DNA of 40,114 bases from Octopus bimaculoides (lineage: Eukaryota). Numbering within the stretch: position 1 is the stretch's first letter; each line of letters begins with the position of its first letter. Location: positions 134,872,269 through 134,912,382 of the forward strand of contig NC_068982.1 in assembly GCF_001194135.2 (NCBI RefSeq). The letters are read 5' to 3'. Shown in pieces: positions 1 to 11,399 of the stretch. Position numbers and translations under genes: made by a program. The notes under the pieces are model-generated. The model saw only the letters and a list, made by a program, of their open reading frames with translations. It was not told the origin of the DNA and did not search any database.

Positions 1-161
1 AAAATACAAAATACTGTGAAATAAAAGAAGTGACACTGTTTTTAAAAGAAATCATCACATTATAAAGGGTAGTCATTTAAAAAGCTTAAAAGCTTAGCCG
101 TCACTCACAAGCGAGTATAATCCGGTAGATGGTACGACGCTTTCACTAGTTTGTTTTAGGT

Positions 162-213
<52 letters not shown>

Positions 214-354
214 CTCGACACTTACACTCTCGACCCCGCGGAACACTGAGGATGTGACAGCTGGAAGAAGGGAGAGAGAGGGAGGGGAAGGAGAAAAAGA
301 GAGAAGAGGGTCCTAGTAGTAGACTCTATTTCAGTTAAATAGACTGAAGGAATA

Positions 355-450
355 TAAAATAAAGTGCTTTACTTAAGGACACAACACGCATCCTGGTTTA
401 GGAATCGAACCCAGTACCTTACGATTATGAGTTGAACACCCTAATTACTA
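355..450 (-). mobile_element. SINE family C (tRNA head + CORE-like domain), 5' fragment
   Basis: Reverse strand shows a tRNA-like A box, the B box GGTTCGATTCC and then GCGTGTTGTGTCCTTAAGTAAAGCACTTTATTT, matching other family C copies (1024, 15011, 23335). Confidence 0.7.
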
Positions 451-844
451 GGCTACGCTCCTTCGCAATGGTGGTCATTTACATAATAGATTAGCCTGTA
501 CCTACATGGAAACACTCATAAACACTTGAGGTCTTTCAGGCGAGAAGAAAAAAACACACTAAATAACGTAGTCCTAGATATATTGTGTCTAAAAAAACGT
601 CAGTTTGTTGGTATAGTCCCAGCTTAGGTTATGTACAACATCCCATGGTAGGTTATGTACAACAGTTAAAAAAAACCATCGTAGTCATCACAGTCGAGTG
701 AGTGTGATCTGGTTGTATAGACTATGCATTCGCTAAATGTTTTAAGGTGTCTACGTAGTCACGAACAGACAAGGAGACTCTCTCGGCCCTTTTATCCTGG
801 ATCTAGCGGAAGGTTATGTTAATTGAAGGGAAATGAGCACTCAA

Positions 845-992
845 CTGGTACTACTTTTCAGTTGAGTAGACCGGAGCAAAGCGAAACGAAGTACCTTTCC
901 TAATGACCCAACGCGCTACCCGGTCGTGAAATCGAATCCCCGACTATATAATCGCTAGCACAACATCCCAACCATTAGGCCACGCACCTGCA
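845..992 (-). mobile_element. SINE family C, diverged copy
   Basis: Reverse strand has a tRNA-like head (GCGTGGCCTAATGGTTGGGATG...GGGATTCGATTTC), GCGTTGGGTCATTAGGAAAGGTACTTCGTTTCGCTTTGCTCCGGTCTACTCAACTG, homologous to 1024-1150. Confidence 0.6.
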
Positions 993-1023
993 ATATATGA
1001 TAATTTGTGTATAATATAGTTGT

Positions 1024-1250
1024 GGGAGCGCATGGCTTGGTAGTTAGACTCATGATCATAAGATTGTGGTTTCGATTCCTGGACACTACGATGCATTGTG
1101 TTCTTGAGCAAAACACTTCATTTCACGTAACTACAGTCCACTCAGCTGGTAAGAATAAGTAACTTTGCGATGGACAAGCATCCAAAGCAGGGAGGAATAT
1201 ATACTCCAGAGTAACCAAGAAACCATCTCTTTGCTCCTTACGGAGCAATG
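1024..1250 (+). mobile_element. SINE family C (CORE-like), tail type 1
   Basis: GGAGCGCATGGCTTGGTAGTTAG (A box), GGTTTCGATTCC (B box), TTGTGTTCTTGAGCAAAACACTTCATTTCACG (resembles the CORE-SINE domain), then GCGATGGACAAGCATCC. CORE-SINE OR2 is known from octopus; the family name is not confirmed. Confidence 0.75.
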
Positions 1251-1926
1251 TAGACTAACCACAGTACATAATTCTATTGCTATCGTTGTTGTTTAGTCTG
1301 GAAACTGATCGAGTGAATCCAAAATAAGAAGTATTCCAACAGTATTCATCACTTTTTTATCTTTTAAATGTAGATTTTACATTATCGCGTCTATCCCTTT
1401 TAACGTAGAGGGGTGTGTAGCTTGAGGTAGATTTGGCGGCTCTTCTTGCAGATCGATCGATCGATCGCATAAAGAATTCCTATTTGGCTTTAAAGAGTTC
1501 CAAAAGATGCTAGCTGTAGTATACCATATCAAAGCCCGGGTTGTATTTAATAATATGTTCTGAAAAGAAATAAAAAATATAACTCGCAATATTCAAAGAA
1601 TTGTCTCTTTGATGTTTCTCGTCTCCAGAATATATTTATACACATTTGTTTTGTTTAGCATTTTATTTTTTAATAAATTTTTACACACATTCAAACAGTC
1701 ATACACACTGGCACACGTGCAATTACACAGGCGGACGTACACGGAGGGGTAGCTAATTCGCTTACTTCGCCAGGAATACGTAAACGAATTTAAAGAAAAC
1801 ATTTAAAAATATATATATTTCTGATTCCCTGACGGGATTGTGACTGATCACCCGTTGATCAATAGCTGTGATTATGAAAGGCCAAGTAATTAACTCTAAG
1901 CTCATTGGTTGATAAATAAATACAAG

Positions 1927-1946
1927 AGATAGATAGATAGATAGAT

Positions 1947-2000
<54 letters not shown>
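1927..2000 (+). repeat. (GATA)n(GAAA)n compound microsatellite
   Basis: Seen directly. Confidence 0.95.
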
Positions 2001-2001
<1 letters not shown>

Positions 2002-2202
2002 ATGATATCAAAGAAGAAGAAAAATGAAATGTTTTACTTCTGAAGAGACAGAAATGTAAGATTGTCATTGGAATGAGTTGACCGGACTATTAAAGAGGTA
2101 TTCAATTAGTTCCCACTAATAAACCTCATCAATCAATTTTATAGTTCCTTTTCAACGATTGCCCAGGAGTCAAAATAACGTGACATCGTTATTATTAAAT
2201 TT

Positions 2203-2330
2203 TTGAGTTCAAATCCCGCCGAAGGCAACGCTACCTTACATCCTTTCGAGATCAATATAATAAAGTGTTTGTCAAGTATTGGCTTCGATGCAGTCGACGT
2301 TCTCCTCAGCATTACTGCCTTGTTTTAGAA
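2203..2330 (+). mobile_element. SINE family B, degraded fragment
   Basis: TGAGTTCAAATCCCGCCGAAGGCAAC...CATCCTTTCGAGATCAAT resembles the body of the 9074 and 23895 copies. Confidence 0.55.
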
Positions 2331-2865
2331 ATTTAGAGAAAAAATTTGTATAATATTTTGCTGTTCTTTATAGTTACTCTCATTTACACTGTGAACTAGA
2401 ATTACACCAGGCTAGTTTTTGACCCGCAACCTTCTAGGGCCGATTACATAAAATTACGTGAAGTACTGTGTGCAATGTAATTGACTTAACCGTGCGCTCC
2501 GAATTCATTAACTTGTGTCAGTATGTGAAAACTCTATCATTGAACTCTGAAGAGTGATGAGACTCTCTATTAAGAAGCTGCCAAAATAATCTTTTTAAGT
2601 TCCTGAGTTTTTATCTCATCGTTGTCGACTTTGCTTTTAATCTTTCAACTACCGGTTTTGACATTCCTCATCTCAGATTTGTAGATGTACCTGTCTTTTA
2701 CCATACTATAGTGTGAAAGTTCATACCAAGAAACTCTCGCATTCTCTCGCATTATGTAACTACGCCACACACTCGTGCGCGAAGATAAGTAGATATAATA
2801 GATATGTGTGTATCTGTGTATGTTATAGATATATAGGTATACAGAATATTTATATATATTTTATA

Positions 2866-3266
2866 GGCGTGGTAGTGGCTGTGTGGTAAGTAGCTTGCTT
2901 ACGAACCACATGGTTCCGGCTTCAGTCCCATTGCGTGGCACCTTGGGGAAGTGTCTTCTACTATAGCCTCGGGCCGACCAAAGCCTTGTGAGTGGATTTG
3001 GTAGACGGAAACTGAAAGAAGTCCGTCGTATATGTATACCTATGTGTGTGTGTATATGTTTGTGTGTCTGTGTTTGTCCCTACAACATCGCTTTTCAAGC
3101 GATGCTGATGTGTTTACGTCTCTGTAACTTAGCAGTTCGGCAAAAGAGACCGATAGGATAAGTACTAGTTTACAAAGAATAAGTCCTGGGGTCGATTTGT
3201 TCGACTAAAGGCAGTGCTCCAGCATGGCCTCAGTGAAATGACTCGAACAAGTAAAAGAATGAAAAA
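2866..3266 (+). mobile_element. SINE family A, near full length, with internal (TA/TG)n tract
   Basis: tRNA-like head GTGGCTGTGTGGTAAGTAGCTTGCTT...GGTTCCGGCTTCAGTCCC, CORE-like GCGTGGCACCTTGGGGAAGTGTCTT, internal microsatellite and a 3' end CCAGCATGGCC...GAACAAGTAAAAGAAT. Collinear with 32565-32960. Confidence 0.85.
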
Positions 3267-3276
3267 GTATAGTATA

Positions 3277-3277
<1 letters not shown>

Positions 3278-3333
<56 letters not shown>
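3278..3333 (+). repeat. (TATC)n microsatellite
   Basis: Seen directly. Confidence 0.95.
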
Positions 3334-3334
<1 letters not shown>

Positions 3335-4441
3335 GTGTATATATGTACGCATGCCAGCCGTCCTCTTCCATTACAATTTACAGAAAGAGTATTCGAGCCA
3401 AACATAAGAAACACAAACCATCAGCCAAAGCTCAAGATATTTAGTTGTCTGGTTATCAACGCTAAAAGGTTCCTCAATTAGACCGTGGTTCAGTTTTGAT
3501 AAAACAAGTAGCAGTCATATAATGAGATCAATTCAAACGACAACAAACCTACTTCTGTAAATTTATGCCGTTGCGTTAATGTAAGAAATTGATATTACTT
3601 CACAAGAGAATTAGTAAATGCAACATATCTGTATTAAACATTCTCATTATAAATGTTCTAAAGTGATATTCTAGGAAACTACAATTAAAGTTTCATAGTC
3701 AGCTTTGAATGACAAGTGATTAAAGAGCGCTGTAGTGGATACAATTCCTTCAGAATGCTGACAAAGAAGCTTTCATGGCAAGTGGACAAAATTTGGTTTA
3801 ATGTTTATTCATTATGTGTATCACATATCGTTAGTGATTCGTGGCTAATCCAATAACCCCAAGAGTACAACTATCAAGGCGAAAATATTCGCTTCTCATA
3901 AAACAGTGAAATACCTTTTAATACTACAGTTTCTGTGTCACAAATGCTCGGAAATAGTACATAAGACAAGATTACTCATTAGCAGACTGACTTAAGAAAC
4001 GTAGATGTTTATCACGTGATACGCGCATAAGCCATACTTGAAGCTGGATTAGATTGCTAAGGGAAAAATCTTTACGACATAAATATTAATGATGGAAATG
4101 CCAGCTGTTAAATTTCCTTCGTAGAGACTGCATTATGGGTCATGGAAAAGTGCATAATAGATATATTCATATAATGAATACTCGTAGACACAGTGAGATT
4201 GACAGAGAGACACATTTATGTATTCAACCAATGAGGCTGTTATTCAAAGAAAAATGCTGCTTAATATAACGTGTTTATTTTGTCTCATAGATTTTGCCTC
4301 ATATATTCATCAGAACGTTTACTTAGACGAAAGTCCTGCAAACATCTGGAAATAAATTAATTAGTTTTGAAAGATATTTCAAATGATTATTACGAAAGAT
4401 TATTATAAAAGATTATTATACATTTTGATAGATTTTATATA

Positions 4442-5258
4442 NNNNNNNNNNNNNNNNNNNNNNNNNNNNNNNNNNNNNNNNNNNNNNNNNNNNNNNNNNN
4501 NNNNNNNNNNNNNNNNNNNNNNNNNNNNNNNNNNNNNNNNNNNNNNNNNNNNNNNNNNNNNNNNNNNNNNNNNNNNNNNNNNNNNNNNNNNNNNNNNNNN
4601 NNNNNNNNNNNNNNNNNNNNNNNNNNNNNNNNNNNNNNNNNNNNNNNNNNNNNNNNNNNNNNNNNNNNNNNNNNNNNNNNNNNNNNNNNNNNNNNNNNNN
4701 NNNNNNNNNNNNNNNNNNNNNNNNNNNNNNNNNNNNNNNNNNNNNNNNNNNNNNNNNNNNNNNNNNNNNNNNNNNNNNNNNNNNNNNNNNNNNNNNNNNN
4801 NNNNNNNNNNNNNNNNNNNNNNNNNNNNNNNNNNNNNNNNNNNNNNNNNNNNNNNNNNNNNNNNNNNNNNNNNNNNNNNNNNNNNNNNNNNNNNNNNNNN
4901 NNNNNNNNNNNNNNNNNNNNNNNNNNNNNNNNNNNNNNNNNNNNNNNNNNNNNNNNNNNNNNNNNNNNNNNNNNNNNNNNNNNNNNNNNNNNNNNNNNNN
5001 NNNNNNNNNNNNNNNNNNNNNNNNNNNNNNNNNNNNNNNNNNNNNNNNNNNNNNNNNNNNNNNNNNNNNNNNNNNNNNNNNNNNNNNNNNNNNNNNNNNN
5101 NNNNNNNNNNNNNNNNNNNNNNNNNNNNNNNNNNNNNNNNNNNNNNNNNNNNNNNNNNNNNNNNNNNNNNNNNNNNNNNNNNNNNNNNNNNNNNNNNNNN
5201 NNNNNNNNNNNNNNNNNNNNNNNNNNNNNNNNNNNNNNNNNNNNNNNNNNNNNNNNNN
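4442..5258. other. assembly gap (N run). Other gaps: 7537-7810, 15290-15385, 18698-18801, 20932-21257, 24480-24667, 27097-27849, 29070-29232, 29953-30481, 31528-32354, 36509-36518
   Basis: Runs of n, most of them abutting microsatellites, as is typical of short-read scaffolding. Confidence 0.99.
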
Positions 5259-5480
5259 ATTACATTTTATGTGGCCTAGTGTTCATTACGATAGTAGTGG
5301 CCGACAAGGGGCCTATTATGTATTGAGAAATAATACAGGATAGGCCTTGCCGGTCACTACATATCATATAATGGAAGGAATGAGCAATACATCTCATTCC
5401 TTCCACTGAAATTCTTTTATCAATTACTTATTCCCAACGCAGTAACACTACTACTACTCTCTCTCTCTCTCTCTCTCTCT

Positions 5481-5717
5481 TTTTCTTATTTCTTTATTGT
5501 CCACAAGGGGTTAAACATAGAGGGGACAAACAAGGACAGACAAAGGGATTAAGTCGATTACATCGACTCCAGTGCGTAACCGGTACTTAATTTATCGATC
5601 CCGAAAGGATGAAAGGCAAAGTGGACCCCGGCGGAATTTGAACCCAGAACGTAGCGGCAGACGAAATACCGTTAAGCATCTCGCCCGGCCTGCTAACGAT
5701 TCTACCAGCTCACCGCC
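5481..5717 (-). mobile_element. SINE family B, left-type monomer with (GA)n tail
   Basis: Reverse complement GGCGGTGAGCTGGTAGAATCGTTAGCA...GGGTTCAAATTCCGCC...TGTCCTTGTTTGTCCCCTCTATGTTTAACCCCTTGTGGACAATAAAGAAATAAGA, then (GA)n. Confidence 0.85.
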
Positions 5718-5778
5718 ATATCTTTCTGTCTTCCTCTTCACTCTCCGACAAAAAGCAAGAGCAAACAGACTAGAAAAT

Positions 5779-5798
5779 TGTGTGTGTGTGCGCGCGCG

Positions 5799-5835
<37 letters not shown>
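5779..5835. repeat. (TG)n(CG)n(CA)n alternating purine-pyrimidine tract
   Basis: Seen directly. Confidence 0.95.
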
Positions 5836-5837
<2 letters not shown>

Positions 5838-6929
5838 GCATGCACGTCCACACACGCAAACATAGGTACGAAGTGTCTAAAAATCTCCTCCTTAGTCAAG
5901 TCCTGACACAATATGTTTTGATGTCTTTAGCTATCAGGGTAACTATTTAAACTCGTTCTTCACAGCTCAGCTTTCAGCTCTATAGAAAAGGATGATTTCT
6001 GTACATAGACTGAAGAAGGGCGGCCATGTTGACTTTGAAATACTGTATTGACAGATATTTTGAAGCTTCATACAGGCACGGTAGTCTTGTCTCTTTGCCT
6101 GTCAGAAAGTCTTTCTTACTGAAGGTGACAGTAGGTGGGTTGAACTGTATGTTGTTTTCTTACATTTGACAGCCCCATTCATAACATTCCATCCTTTCTT
6201 TCTAAATACAAAATCAATTATTGCACAGATTAGCTATTTGTTTCGGATAATTGTAATGCTGAGGAATAAATGATAGCCTACATAACTGTAAACCGAATAA
6301 TAAGGGCGAAGCCGCTGTAAATATCTAAAATATATCGATTTTCAAAGCTAATAGTCATGCTGAGAAATATCTGTTAAAGTTTGCAAATGTTCAATAGCTA
6401 TAAAGTCTTTACATATCTTAGATGTCTGTAACAACGTCCTGAGCCTCGAAACCGATAAGCAATAAACTTAACTCGCACAACAACTCCACTGACTCGGACA
6501 GTGTTGTTAACCTACGTTATGGCTCATCTTCAGTCTGTGAACCTCCGCACTACTTGAATGTATGCTTGAACTTCCTAAGAATCTACTTCCCTTTCTCATT
6601 CCGTTCTCTTAAGCGCTTATTTTCCTTCCAATAAATTCTTTTTATTTTTATAAATTACGAATATTCTTTATCTACCAGGTGTATAGGTATACAGGCACGC
6701 ATATAAGCTTATATGCATTGTGCCTGTATTCCAACATACTTATCTTTGTGAATATTTGTATATATTTATGTATGTATGCATCTATTTACGTATGCGTATA
6801 GTATCTATGTATGTGTTCATTTAGGAGTGTTTTTCTATACCGCTGTATGTGTGTGTGAGTATTTTCTCCTACAACAGTTGGCTTAATATTTCTTTCATTC
6901 TAAATCATGAATATTATAGTGAGTGCCCT

Positions 6930-7148
6930 TAAGACGACGAGCTGGCAGAATCGTTAGCGCGTTGGACGAAATGCCTTGTGGTATTTCGCTCGTCGCTACG
7001 TTCTGAGCTCAAATCCTGCTCAGGTCGACTTTACTTTTCATCGTTTAGGGGTCGATAAAATAAGTACCAGTTAAACACTTGGCTCGTTGTAATCGACTCA
7101 TTCTTTCCCCGAAAGTTGCTCCCCTTGTGGAAAATTTGAAATCATTTT
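6930..7148 (+). mobile_element. SINE family B, right-type monomer
   Basis: AAGACGACGAGCTGGCAGAATCGTTAGCG...GAGCTCAAATCCTGCTCAGGTCGACTTTACTTTTCATCG...AAGTACCAGTT. Confidence 0.8.
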
Positions 7149-7464
7149 AGTGAGTGCCATTAATAACTAAATAGTTTTCTATGTACGCTGACTCTTAATC
7201 TTCGCTTCCAAACTTGCCGTTTCCCACCTTTTCACCCCTCTTTCTTTAAACTCCTCAGCTTTCCTTTTTGCCTTACTTAAGGATGGACTCTGCTACCGTT
7301 TCATCTTCAACTATTTGCCCCCTCCTATTTCATTCACGTTGCACTCCAGGCTTCTGACCCTCTCATACATTACTTCCTCCCTTCCTCGCCTTTACCGTTT
7401 TCCACATCTGATTCTTTCCACTGAAATTCTTTCCACTGAAATTCTTTCCTCAGTTACAATTCTA

Positions 7465-7477
7465 CTCTCTCTCTCTT

Positions 7478-7536
<59 letters not shown>

Positions 7537-7810
7537 NNNNNNNNNNNNNNNNNNNNNNNNNNNNNNNNNNNNNNNNNNNNNNNNNNNNNNNNNNNNNNNN
7601 NNNNNNNNNNNNNNNNNNNNNNNNNNNNNNNNNNNNNNNNNNNNNNNNNNNNNNNNNNNNNNNNNNNNNNNNNNNNNNNNNNNNNNNNNNNNNNNNNNNN
7701 NNNNNNNNNNNNNNNNNNNNNNNNNNNNNNNNNNNNNNNNNNNNNNNNNNNNNNNNNNNNNNNNNNNNNNNNNNNNNNNNNNNNNNNNNNNNNNNNNNNN
7801 NNNNNNNNNN

Positions 7811-7858
<48 letters not shown>
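7465..7858. repeat. (CT)n and (CA)n microsatellites flanking a gap
   Basis: Seen directly. Confidence 0.95.
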
Positions 7859-7861
<3 letters not shown>

Positions 7862-8180
7862 ACATGTATGGTGCGGTCAACAAACTTTTAAACGGTCCGT
7901 CGGGAGTCTCCGTCATCTTGCCACCCACATCGAAATCGTAGAAAGAATATATTTACGTCACATCAATGGCTTCTTAATATTTATATTTATTTCGCTGCTT
8001 CCTATTCACATTGTGTTCTACATAAAACATATATTGGTTAATCAATGACGAGCAGGCCAAAACTTAAATATGCAAATTAAGCTATCCACTACAGCAATAA
8101 CTTAATTCATTATCAGTTTATGTATTTTGAGTGAATATTCTAGGACTCAATGTATGAGGAATGTAAAGACGCATGGATGT

Positions 8181-8285
8181 GGTTTCTGATGAAGGGATAT
8201 ATAAAATATCCCGGAAACAGCTGTAAGAACCCTTTATAAATGTTCTGAAAAATATTCATAGCCTTGGAATTTTTATCTCATTCTG
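8181..8285 (+). ncRNA. dispersed repeat with minimal type-I hammerhead-ribozyme-like motif (family H1, copy 1); probable Penelope-like pLTR or retrozyme remnant
   Basis: CTGATGA(8186-92)-A-GGGATAT-ATAAA-ATATCCC-G-GAAA-C-AGCT-GTA-AGAACC. About 105 bp is homologous to 29488-29592. Confidence 0.6.
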
Positions 8286-9073
8286 TTAATTTTTATATAT
8301 ATATTTATATATACATGCTAATACACGACCTACGTTGGACTCCTCATTCGCATAATCACCGAACCTGGAGCTTAACTATAGTCGGTCCATAGCACTTACT
8401 CAGCATTACCTGACATCTTTAGGTCTTCTTGACACCAATACCCCTCATATATATATATATACAATTCATATATATTGTTGCACTCATATATACATACTAC
8501 TCTGCAATCAAGTTCCACAAAATATTTCATCATCAACGCCATACTTATTTCTATGAAATTATCCGTCGCCATTCTCTCCTTCTTAACTACCAAACAAGAG
8601 GTATTGTTGACTTGAATCTTGAAACGCTCTTTTGTCGAGTATCAATTTGTCAAAAAAGCTTTATTTATAACAGTATTAATATATGGAATAATATTTTACC
8701 ACGAACGCTAAAACCATTTTTTCGCTGTCAAATTTCAAAAAATAATTAAAAACCCACTTTCTGCTGAACCAAGCTCATTTATAAACTTTATTTTATAGAC
8801 GTACAGTATTTATAACATTTATAATATTTTATATTTCCAGACTTAAAGAGATTTACTTTTATATACGTTTTTGACTGCCTTGTTTGGATCTCTCTTTTTA
8901 TTTTATAATTATTGCCCTATTCATTTTTTATATTTTGACCTCTTACCAACTTGCCCAAATCAGCCATACTGCCAAAGGGCTTAATCCGATTTTTTATGCA
9001 ATTTCTGCGGTAAAAAGATATTCGATGTAAATTGGATTTATAAATTTATTTATTATTTATTATTATTTGTTAC

Positions 9074-9480
9074 TAAGGTGGCGAGCTGGCAGAATCGTTA
9101 GCACACCGGGCGAAAGGCTTAGAAGTATTTCGTATGTCTTTGTGTTCTGAGCTCAAATTCCGCCGAGGTCGACTTTTCTTTTCATCCTTTCGGGGTCGAT
9201 AAATTAAGTACCAGTTACGCACTGGAGTTGATGTAATTGGTTTAATCCCTTTGTCCTTGATTGTCCCCTCTATGTTTAGCCCCTTGTGGGTAATAAAGAA
9301 ATAAGAAACGTTAGCACGTCGGGTGAAATGCTTAGCGGTATTTCGTCTGTCTTTACGTTCTGAGGTCGACTTTACCTTTCGCATTCGATGAATTAAGTAC
9401 TGGTTGCGTAATGGGGTCGATCTAATCGACTAGCTCCTCCCCAAAAATTTCTGGCCTTGTACCTAGACTAGAAAAGAGTA
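9074..9480 (+). mobile_element. SINE family B dimer (left + right monomer)
   Basis: Full left monomer ending ...GGGTAATAAAGAAATAAGA, joined directly to AACGTTAGCACG of a second monomer that ends ...CTGGCCTTGTACCTAGACTAGAAAAG. Confidence 0.85.
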
Positions 9481-9494
9481 GTATTTATTACTAC

Positions 9495-9690
9495 CGTAAG
9501 GTTGTGGTTTCGGTTTGTAGTCCGGGTGGTGTGTTGTGTTTTTGAGCAAAATACTTCATTTCCCGTTGCTCCAATCCACTTAGCTGTAAATGAGTAATCC
9601 TGTGATGGCCTGGGATCCCATTTAAGGGTAATGTTGTGATTTTGGTCTCTTATACGCCATGGAAACCAGGTAACGGGCCTTGTGAGTCCT
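9495..9690 (+). mobile_element. SINE family C, tail type 1
   Basis: GTGGTTTCGGTTTG...GTGTTGTGTTTTTGAGCAAAATACTTCATTTCCCGTTGCTCCAATCCACTTAGCTG...TGTGATGGCCTGGGATCCC. Confidence 0.7.
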
Positions 9691-10806
9691 CGGATTCAAG
9701 GCAGTGATGTCCGGGGGTTGATGATCATATGTATGGATATCTATACTCGTACGTCCTTGTGATTGAGTAGTTATGTTTGTATTTCTGTGAATATAGGTGT
9801 GCGCATTGGTACATAAACTGGGGAAGGAAATCGGGTACGTTTCCTCTGTAGAGCGCTCAGCAAATTGGGAAACGGTCCAACAGGAAATTTCACTCTCTTT
9901 TTCCACACATCAAAAGCATAAAAGGAATGTGTTTACAATCTTATAAATTGTAAACGTCATGGCTTCCTAGTGTTGAAATTATTTAAATTTATTTTAATCT
10001 TTCAGAGTCCCGTTGTGTTATGCATTATCTGTCGGTTTGTCTTTCTGCCTGTCCACCCGTCTGTCTGTCTGTCTTTGTCTGTCTTTGTCTCTCTCTATAT
10101 ATATCTATGTGTGTGTGTGTGTGATTCGCATCATCGACAGCACTAACTTCGCCTTCATCATCATTATTCTCATGCTCACGATCTACACACAAACGTACAC
10201 ATATGTCCATACCCACACAAACACACACACACACACAGACATACACACATACACACATACACACATACAGAAACACACAAATGAAGACATTTCCATATTC
10301 ACTGTATTCTATCATGAATCTAAGAAAACGATATTTTGTGAAGTCAGTTTTAGTGATGACAGCAAAACAAAATCCAAGGACAAAGGCTGTAGAAAATGAG
10401 ATTTCATTTAAATAACTTGTATCTCATGGCCATTTACACAGCATACGAAATAGGAGTAATATTAATGTTGTTGTTTTTTTTTTTGTTTTGGTTTTGGGTT
10501 TCTTCCACGAGAATACCAAAGTTGATGACAGAATATGAGATTTCACTGAGAATTGTGTTTATAAAGCACATTCTATAAATCATTTGCAACTAAATTCTTT
10601 TCTGCTTTTTGTACATTATTTTGTCGTATTTAGTTATTTATTTCGTTCAGTCTTTACGATCAGATTCTATTAACTTTCTCCATATTGTTTCAAGTCAATA
10701 AATTTACGAGTTTAGACCACCATAGCCAATCTGACACGAATACACATGAACACATACACACGCACACTTGTACACACACATAGGCATACATATAAACGGA
10801 AACGCA

Positions 10807-10808
<2 letters not shown>

Positions 10809-10872
<64 letters not shown>

Positions 10873-10883
10873 CGTGTGTGTGT
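10809..10883. repeat. (TA)n(TG)n microsatellite; a further (TA)n lies at 11150-11199
   Basis: Seen directly. Confidence 0.95.
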
Positions 10884-11146
10884 TTGACAAAAGCACCATC
10901 AGGTCAGGTTGAAGGCTGTTTATTACTCCGTCCCCTCCTTCCACTCATAGGGGCTCTGTAAAGGAATATGAGCTTTGCCTTTCCTCCTGGAATAATGACA
11001 GATAAAATTTTAAGATGTATGTATGTATGTATGTCATTATTCAGTTTTATTTTAAGATTTCTTGCCAATAGAGAATGAGCCACTTTCTAACCTAGATCCA
11101 AGGCTCCTTCATTGGGATTTAATCAACAACAAGGTATTTCTGTTTG

Positions 11147-11202
<56 letters not shown>

Positions 11203-11399
11203 CTTTGTAGTAGTAGCGAGAGCATATAGACAAATTTCTGTTTATGTAGGTTTGTGTAGTTACCCTGAGGCCACGTGAAACATTTTTATACTCAGAGTAA
11301 CTGCTTGGGGCTTCCTCACCTACTCATGATGTTATTATTTTCACTGTTGAGTAAACATGTCATATATTCACTTTTCTCTTCATCGTTCAATATTTCTTT

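Noticed and set aside
6000-6545. Two further CTGAAGA motifs (6007 on +, about 6530 on -) with GAAATACTGTA / ACAACACTGTC downstream
   Set aside because: Stem II and helix I pair poorly and GAAA is missing in one. They may be old Penelope-type remnants but cannot be supported as ribozymes.
7865-7900. TATGGTGCGGTCAACAAACTTTT as a mariner TIR
   Set aside because: There is no partner TIR or transposase remnant, and the match is too short.
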